Shown here: positions 7,978 to 14,468 of the stretch, piece by piece
Layout: every line of letters starts with the position of its first letter
How positions within the stretch are numbered: position 1 is the stretch's first letter
From: Candidatus Hodarchaeota archaeon
Lineage (GTDB): Archaea; Asgardarchaeota; Heimdallarchaeia; Hodarchaeales; Hodarchaeaceae
NCBI GenBank assembly: GCA_029856365.1
Contig: JAHQWW010000095.1
Coordinates: forward strand, 1-14,468
DNA: 14,468 nt
Direction of reading: 5' to 3'
The notes under the pieces: model-generated
Told to the model about the DNA's origin: nothing
Databases searched by the model: none
The model's input: the letters and a program-made list of their open reading frames with translations, nothing else
Translations under genes and position numbers: made by a program

Positions 7978-8204
7978 TATTTCATCTTCTTCGTCAGATT
8001 GAAATCCTTGAAGTGTTTAGTTGAAATTTTAATCATCAATTATAGGAGAAGTTACTCGTTTCTCTTTAGCTTTTAAATTTATAAAATAGTACTATTGACA
8101 GAAAATCATTGCTAAAAATCAACAAACGTAGAAAATCATATTAGAGACTTAAATGACTCACTGATTTGTTTTAGTGATCAGTTATAGAATTCTGAACTTC
8201 AAGT

Positions 8205-8798
8205 TCAGATGGTATATCGGATCTGAGTGTCTCGAATGTAGATCGATATTTCTGCTGATAGTTTTGTTAAAAGTGTATGAGCTTGAGCAGTTAACCCCAG
8301 TCTAGTTATTATATTGAGAGCAAGACTATTTAATAGATCTGTCACGAAAAATTCATTTAAAATAGTTTCTAACCAGTGTAAGAAGAAAAGCTGGAAAGGG
8401 GGGATCTTATTAGAAGTAAACCAAACAGCATTTCTGTGTTCCATTTTATATAATTGCCTCATCATATGTAATCGCAGCAAACGGTTTTTCCCAAAATGAG
8501 TGTGATAATCTTGAGCATGTTCAAGATATCTTTGTTGAAGATTTGAAAGCTCAATATTCAATTCACCTGCTATTCCCCTTACAACATCAGATATCTTGAA
8601 ACGAATTAAATATGCTTGTTCGATGGAATCAAGTAGGCTTCGGAAAAGTTTTTTTAAGTCATGAATTGCTTCACTGGTTGAATCAGCATTATTTTGATAA
8701 ATACATCCTCCAAATAAAATAAGGGGCTCGCGATCAGGAAATTGATTTTGATAATATAAAAAAGTTCTTGGTTCTTCAATGATACCCATCTTGCTCAA
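8205..8798 (-). CDS. Hypothetical soluble, mostly alpha-helical protein
   Basis: 197-aa ORF with a strong SD (AAGGAG, 6 nt before TTG). No signal peptide or clear TM helix, and no recognised family. Confidence 0.7.
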   Translation of the reverse strand: MSKMGIIEEPRTFLYYQNQFPDREPLILFGGCIYQNNADSTSEAIHDLKKLFRSLLDSIEQAYLIRFKISDVVRGIAGELNIELSNLQQRYLEHAQDYHTHFGKNRLLRLHMMRQLYKMEHRNAVWFTSNKIPPFQLFFLHWLETILNEFFVTDLLNSLALNIITRLGLTAQAHTLLTKLSAEISIYIRDTQIRYTI

Positions 8799-9245
8799 TT
8801 TTTACTCCTTACTTATACTTTTGAAGCTATCTAAATAATTCATTAGCAATTTTCCAGATTATGAGAAAATAATTCGTTTTTCAGAATAAAATGCTAAAAA
8901 AGGAGTTAAACGATTATATATAGATAGGTATATCGAGAAGGCATTAACCTATCCAACGATCAACGATATTGTTTGACTTTTCTACTCTTCAGGTTCAAGA
9001 ATCTTGATTCTTCCTCAAATACACATAACTTGGGTTATTTTTCTCTCTTTCATTAATGTATAATAAAATTAAATTCATAGTAAAAAGATATATTAATTAA
9101 ATATTATATATAAAACTACTTATATAATAAATTCTAGATTACTAAGAAATGACACATTTCTAGAATATTTGACACAATATCATATCTTTGTGTTTTATTA
9201 AACATCACACATCTAACAAATTCAAAATACTATTTCATACACGAA

Positions 9246-12200
9246 TTGAGAAATTTTGGAGTATTATTGGTGGATCAGCACAATAATATTATTTCGTCTC
9301 TTGTAGTTATCATTACTTTATCTTGCATTATATTGTTCTATTTCTCGTTTTATTCTGGGGTTAAAGAAGAAGTAAGTAGTTACCTAAATCTTTCTTTAAG
9401 AAATTTGGGAGATGTAAAAAACAATGGATCTTTTTCTTATTCATTTCCAATTGATAGGGATTTTTTGTCGAAAGAGGCTAAAAAAGATGGAATAAATTAT
9501 AAATTAGAAAATGAATCCAATTTAATTGTACTAAAACCAAATGGTAATGGTAATAAATCCGAAATTCCTTCAGAAACACCTATCGGTGGAATTCATTGGC
9601 AATTGGTATCAGATAACAATGATAGTAGTTACATAATTGAGAATATAGCAACAGCAACATCCTTTACGGATACATATCAAGTCCAAAATGTAAGTAGTAT
9701 CCCGGGTGTAATTCTTTCCGTATCTGTAAATGTCCGTGCTCGTACAAGTATAGCTTTTTCTAATGGACGAGTAATGACGATATTACGTACATATGATAAT
9801 GAATATATAGGATCTACAAATGAGCCCACAGATAATTGGAAAAACTATTCGGATATCTTTTTCTCCAATCCCATTACTTTGTCAAATTGGACATGGAGTG
9901 AAGTAAATTCAATGGAGGTCGGAGTAACATTACGAGCATTACCACAACAAAATAGAGAATGTTGGTGTTCTGAAGTTTGGGTAGAGGTCAATTATACCCA
10001 AATAGACGATAATATTCCTCCCATGGTTAATGATTTTGGAATAAATGATTATGGTAATGGTAGTGGAACTTTTTGGGCAGATATTAAAGACCCCCTATCA
10101 GGTGTGGAAACAGTATTAATCTCAATTAATGGGTCTGAATATTCGATGATTAATAACGGATCTCATTGGATTTATCCTGTTTTAGGCGAATATAATGCTT
10201 GTTATGATTATCAGATAACGAATTCTTCGGATTTAAGTGGAAATTATCTCAACTCCACTTCCAATATTAAGGGTTATACTTTCAACAAAGATATTGTTAA
10301 TCCAAAAGTAGGATTACCTGTTTATGATCCAGAGTTTGGAAATAATGGAACCTTCAGGGTAAATGTAACTGATTCTTGGGGAGAAATTGACATTGTCTTG
10401 GTAAGTATTACTGAATCTCAAGGAGTTCCCAAAAATGATCTCTGGACTGTAATGGTTCACACTGACACTGAGTTCATTACTGATAACTTATTAATAGATA
10501 AAGGTAGTTTTAAATATGTTATTATCGCAAATGATACGGCTGGAAATTTAAATTCATCCGTTGAAATGAGTTCCAATTCTCCAAATCATATTCCTGAAAT
10601 ATTTGATTTATTTCTTTCGAGGGACCAGGATAATCGAAATTTTTCTATTGATAGCAATTGTACCCTATATGCACATTATTCATTTTTTGATATTGATAAT
10701 GATAGCGAAATAGGAAGTGAAATCCGTTGGTATAGGAATGGGATTATACAACCAGCTCATAACAATTCCTTCCAAATCTCATCTACTTATCTTTTGAAAA
10801 ATGATGTGTGGTATGTCACCGTTAAACCAAAAGATGGTCAAAACTTTGGGTTTTTACAAGTGTCTGATTTAATTACAGTGAGGAATATTCACCCCTTTGT
10901 AAACAATTATTACTATGTCTTTGAAATGAATCAAAGTCAAGTTTTACCAGATCTCAGATCAAATTTAGCTACTCAGATATTTTTTGTAGAAGATGAAAAC
11001 ATTTCCATTTCCTATAAGTTTGAAGATTATGATGAACCTATCGATTTTGATCAATCAAAGATTCAATGGTTTTATCAATCTAATTCTGGTCCATGGGTCG
11101 AAGCTATTCCTTATCAAAACAAAACTTACATACCCTCATCTGTAACATCATCAGGAGATTATTGGAAATGCATTCTTACTCCCTTTGATGGCATGGATAT
11201 TGGCAGAAGTGTGGATTTTGGAGTGATATATATCGAAAGCCGCCCTACTATCTTAATGTACTCAGTGTCATCTGTTATTGTTAACAATATAGGATTATAT
11301 TATAATGAAGGTAATTATGAGTTTCAAATAGTAGCTAACAATCTTAGACCAATTAGTAGTGTGGAATTTCTAATTAATGATACCTATAATAGTCCTTATT
11401 ACGCAATAAAAAGCAATGAAAACGATTCTAACTGGATTCTAGATTACAGAATACCACTTGAAGAATTTCAAGAAGTTTTTTTGAATAATGTTCTTACATC
11501 AGAAGTTAGAGTTTGTAGTTTAGTTGAATATGAAGGCAAAGAATTTACAATATACGCTAAATGTATATTTTCTATTACTATTGAAGATGAAACTCCCCCA
11601 CGGGTTGTAGGAACCCCCATTTTCGAATTAAATGATGAAGTGAATCCAAGTTCTATTACATTTTATACAAATGTCGTAGACTATGGTTCTGAAATTACAA
11701 ATGTATCCCTCTATTACTATTATAAAAGAGTCACTGAAAATGAGAAGAGTATCAGTGGGGGAGGAGCAGGTTATCAACAAGAAAATAAACCAAGTTGGAA
11801 TATTGCTGATATGTCCTTTTTATCATTTGACGCGACCAATAAAATTCACACTTATTCTGTTACTGTTCCATTTAATTATAATGGGTCATCCAGAGCAATA
11901 ATTTTCTATATTGAAACTACTGATAGTAGCGGAAACAAAGGGATTACGTATGATGTAACCAATAATCCTGAGATGATAAGAGAAATACGTTTTGTCCATC
12001 TACCCGTAGAATTTGATCCTTCTATAATGATAATATTTTTTGCCGTTGGAATTTTGTTGTCATTTTTTGGATCAATTGTCTACACGAAATTCATCAGGAA
12101 ACCTGAAATTATAGGATTTGATAAAGAATTAGTTATTACCAAGATTTCTGAAATCAAAGAAGTAGAAATACTGGAAATACTAGATGTTCATACTTTAGGA

Positions 12201-12713
12201 GTGGTTACTTCTTTTTTTGATCAACTTCATGGTCCAGTTCCGATTATTGTCACCCCCGAGATATTGAAGGATAATATTACTAAGTTAATAGAATTATCTG
12301 ATCGCTCTTTTGCAACTACAGGTTTTAAAGATGATACTGAAGGAGAAATTTGCTCATTTTTTGACTTTCTAATATCTGAGGATGTTCGGATAATATCATT
12401 ATCTTTTGGTTTTGCTTTGAAACGCCCCAAAGCCAGAGGTGGTGTAGAAAATCTATCGTTGAACATTCTGATATATCATGATTTATTTAAGGTCATTTCT
12501 CATTTTCTTGACGAAATTCAGCAAAAAGTCCATAGTTTGCATGAACTTATGAACGAACATGGTTCAGAAAAAGAAATAATAGTATCAAAAGTAATTGAAC
12601 TCAGAAAATTCATCTCTTATATTATCTTAGCATATGAAAAAACTTATGATAATACTGATCTTATAATACAAAGCATGACCAATTTAGAGAGAGAAATTAA
12701 ATCCCAAAACTAA
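9246..12713 (+). CDS. Large receptor-like membrane protein: N-terminal signal/anchor, multi-Ig ectodomain, TM helix, cytoplasmic FLCN/SMCR8-type longin (uDENN)-like domain
   Basis: N-terminal hydrophobic helix; beta-rich, sequon-rich ectodomain with two W-x-x-(NG)…W…P-x-DG repeats; TM at aa 927-946 followed by KFIRK; cytoplasmic GVVTSFFDQLHGPVP and RPKARGGVENLSLNILI. GTG at 9270, after GGAGT, is a likely alternative start. Confidence 0.8.
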   Translation: MRNFGVLLVDQHNNIISSLVVIITLSCIILFYFSFYSGVKEEVSSYLNLSLRNLGDVKNNGSFSYSFPIDRDFLSKEAKKDGINYKLENESNLIVLKPNGNGNKSEIPSETPIGGIHWQLVSDNNDSSYIIENIATATSFTDTYQVQNVSSIPGVILSVSVNVRARTSIAFSNGRVMTILRTYDNEYIGSTNEPTDNWKNYSDIFFSNPITLSNWTWSEVNSMEVGVTLRALPQQNRECWCSEVWVEVNYTQIDDNIPPMVNDFGINDYGNGSGTFWADIKDPLSGVETVLISINGSEYSMINNGSHWIYPVLGEYNACYDYQITNSSDLSGNYLNSTSNIKGYTFNKDIVNPKVGLPVYDPEFGNNGTFRVNVTDSWGEIDIVLVSITESQGVPKNDLWTVMVHTDTEFITDNLLIDKGSFKYVIIANDTAGNLNSSVEMSSNSPNHIPEIFDLFLSRDQDNRNFSIDSNCTLYAHYSFFDIDNDSEIGSEIRWYRNGIIQPAHNNSFQISSTYLLKNDVWYVTVKPKDGQNFGFLQVSDLITVRNIHPFVNNYYYVFEMNQSQVLPDLRSNLATQIFFVEDENISISYKFEDYDEPIDFDQSKIQWFYQSNSGPWVEAIPYQNKTYIPSSVTSSGDYWKCILTPFDGMDIGRSVDFGVIYIESRPTILMYSVSSVIVNNIGLYYNEGNYEFQIVANNLRPISSVEFLINDTYNSPYYAIKSNENDSNWILDYRIPLEEFQEVFLNNVLTSEVRVCSLVEYEGKEFTIYAKCIFSITIEDETPPRVVGTPIFELNDEVNPSSITFYTNVVDYGSEITNVSLYYYYKRVTENEKSISGGGAGYQQENKPSWNIADMSFLSFDATNKIHTYSVTVPFNYNGSSRAIIFYIETTDSSGNKGITYDVTNNPEMIREIRFVHLPVEFDPSIMIIFFAVGILLSFFGSIVYTKFIRKPEIIGFDKELVITKISEIKEVEILEILDVHTLGVVTSFFDQLHGPVPIIVTPEILKDNITKLIELSDRSFATTGFKDDTEGEICSFFDFLISEDVRIISLSFGFALKRPKARGGVENLSLNILIYHDLFKVISHFLDEIQQKVHSLHELMNEHGSEKEIIVSKVIELRKFISYIILAYEKTYDNTDLIIQSMTNLEREIKSQN

Positions 12714-12731
12714 GAAACTGAATTTGGGATT
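12700..12731. terminator. Possible hairpin between convergent genes
   Basis: AATCCCAAA (12700-12708) and TTTGGGATT (12723-12731) form a 9-bp inverted repeat with a 14-nt loop spanning the stop codon. Archaeal terminators are often only oligo-T, so the role is uncertain. Confidence 0.3.
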
Positions 12732-12772
12732 CAAATGAATAAACTTCTTACTCAACTGTCAAAAATACATTC

Positions 12773-13390
12773 CTACTGTCTTTTTTTATGTTGATACACG
12801 ATACCCAAAACTATCGATGTGATTACTAACCACACTTCAAAACCTGGGGTTATATCTGGAGTGGAAGAACTACTAAAATTTTGAGGATTAGAAATCCACC
12901 CCTTGGTTACAAAAGCTGCTATAATTGAGATTTCAACAGTTAATTCGGCTTCCCATATACTACTATCCCCTGTGGAGGCTAGAAAATCTAGCTTCTGCAT
13001 ACTGCCTGCTAATGATGGAGAAATGATGTTATACCAGCTGACATCAAGAGGATCGCTACTCCCCCCTTTTGTGGACCAATTAAGTTCCCCATAGCTAGCC
13101 CAGTTACCATCACTATTCTTTTCCCAAAGACGAAGATATAGAATCACTAAATCAGCTCCTGTTAATGTTGAAACATCAAATTCAACTATAAAGTCGTCAT
13201 CGGAAGGATCAACTTCTCCTTTCCAAAGATCGTAGGAATAAGTAAGACTCTGGTCTTTAGTATAAATATCTCGAGCAGCTATTCCCAGATTAAAGATTGA
13301 GGATTCTTTAGCAGCAGTGATAGGATGAATGGTAAGAAAAAGTAGTATAAGCAAAAATTCATATAGAATATATTTAGACTTAATGTGCAT
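12773..13390 (-). CDS. Small secreted surface protein with PGF-CTERM-like anchor
   Basis: Signal peptide (…HPITA|A), single beta-rich domain, SSSST linker, TPGFE + TM helix + HKKRQ. SD GGAGG lies inside the end of the upstream gene, whose stop is 3 bp away. Confidence 0.82.
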   Translation of the reverse strand: MHIKSKYILYEFLLILLFLTIHPITAAKESSIFNLGIAARDIYTKDQSLTYSYDLWKGEVDPSDDDFIVEFDVSTLTGADLVILYLRLWEKNSDGNWASYGELNWSTKGGSSDPLDVSWYNIISPSLAGSMQKLDFLASTGDSSIWEAELTVEISIIAAFVTKGWISNPQNFSSSSTPDITPGFEVWLVITSIVLGIVYQHKKRQ

Positions 13391-13393
13391 AAT

Positions 13394-14468
13394 TTATTCC
13401 TCCTTTTTAATAGAAAAAATTAAACGTCGCCTCAGTAGCAAACCAAAAGCAATCAAAGACAATAGGGGAAAGATAACCGAGAATCCTGTAGAAGTATCTG
13501 ATTTATCTGTTCCTGTCTCTGGGGACTCTATCAGAACAGTTATCATTGCACTTCCACGATTGCCTGCAAGATCGTACACTACAACTTCAATGTTATGGAG
13601 ACCCTCAGGTAAAGTAATCTCAACTATACAACATGGGAAGAGAACTCGAGTAACAATAGATCCATTAACAAGTACTTCTGCTTCTGAAAAACTAGAGGAA
13701 TCAACAACACTCCAAACAATCTTAATTGATTCACTCTGCATTGGTTTTTCAAGGTTATTACTGGGCCTTATAATTGTAACAATTGGTGGGGTCGCGTCAA
13801 CAGTGAAAGAAATTGTTTCATGTGCAATATTACCTGCACTATCAGAACTGTAAGCATGCAGGAGATGATGACCATCTGATAAGCTGACATTCACTGGTTT
13901 TAACCATGACTGATTTTGTATGTTAACCCCTTCGATATTGTATATCAACCATATAGTATCGTTGTCACCAGAAAGATCGATAAGAATCTCTGTTCCATAG
14001 AGCGCATTGGTGGGACTAAGAATGATTAATTCGGGAGGAGTAGTATCAACATTGAATCTAGATTGAGCATGAATGGTATTACCAGCTGAATCATTCCCAT
14101 AAGCATGAAATACATATGTGCCATCATTGATTATTCGATCCAAACTAGCAGTCCAGCTCTGATTCACAGTGTCTAACCCCTCGATGAAGTACCAATAATG
14201 CTCCACGTTGCCAGAGAGATTGATGGAAATAGTTGGAGTTGAATAGGTTGTGTTGGTAGGACTTTCAATATTTAAAACGAGAAGTGAGGTGCCAATGACG
14301 ACATGAGGAGAAATCTCTAGTGTACTGTTACTTGTTCCATCACTTAATTGAATAGTAAAATACCAATCTTCTCCATCAGCAGTTTCACTTGAGGGGATAA
14401 TAACTAGGTTCATATACACCGATTGTTCAACTCCATTTTTATACCAGGTAATAAATGAGATAGTTTCT
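13394..14468 (-). CDS. C-terminal part of a large Ig-repeat surface protein with CTERM-type anchor (5' end outside the window)
   Basis: The frame is open to the window edge (ETISFITWYKNGVEQSVYMN…), so 14419 is not the real start. Contains one WYKNG…GEDW…SDG repeat, three SPxN…DG-x-H/Y…D-x-AGN Ig units, then STGF + TM helix + RRR. Confidence 0.85.
   Translation of the reverse strand, partial: ETISFITWYKNGVEQSVYMNLVIIPSSETADGEDWYFTIQLSDGTSNSTLEISPHVVIGTSLLVLNIESPTNTTYSTPTISINLSGNVEHYWYFIEGLDTVNQSWTASLDRIINDGTYVFHAYGNDSAGNTIHAQSRFNVDTTPPELIILSPTNALYGTEILIDLSGDNDTIWLIYNIEGVNIQNQSWLKPVNVSLSDGHHLLHAYSSDSAGNIAHETISFTVDATPPIVTIIRPSNNLEKPMQSESIKIVWSVVDSSSFSEAEVLVNGSIVTRVLFPCCIVEITLPEGLHNIEVVVYDLAGNRGSAMITVLIESPETGTDKSDTSTGFSVIFPLLSLIAFGLLLRRRLIFSIKKEE

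Noticed and set aside
8630-8680. SEAIHDLKKLFRSLL resembling the CHAD-domain HxxR motif
   Set aside because: The conserved arginines and the second CHAD motif are missing, so the resemblance is too weak.
5714-13853. Overlapping ORFs 5714-5962, 8314-8499, 11683-11901, 12227-12466, 12903-13094 and 13329-13853
   Set aside because: Antisense or out-of-frame shadows of longer, motif-bearing genes, with no independent features.

Overview
AT-rich archaeal DNA, most consistent with an Asgard (Heimdall/Hodarchaeales-like) genome; this is inferred from the protein families, not from a marker gene. The left part (488-4082) is an arsenic-resistance locus: a divergent arsR with a palindromic operator overlapping a TATA box, then arsP-type permease, acr3, a small CxxC thioredoxin-like gene and an ArsD-like/thioredoxin-fold CxC gene. 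The right part (4111-14468) is a cluster of modular cell-surface glycoproteins built from a shared set of Ig-like repeats, with lipobox or PGF-CTERM-like anchors. The most notable gene is 9246-12713, a receptor-shaped membrane protein: an ~890-aa ectodomain, a TM helix, then a cytoplasmic longin-like domain carrying the two signature motifs of the eukaryotic folliculin/SMCR8 GAP family (F-x-x-x-x-GP and ARG, with the putative arginine finger). It may be a transmembrane receptor-GAP for small GTPases. No rRNA, tRNA, CRISPR array or transposase was recognised.
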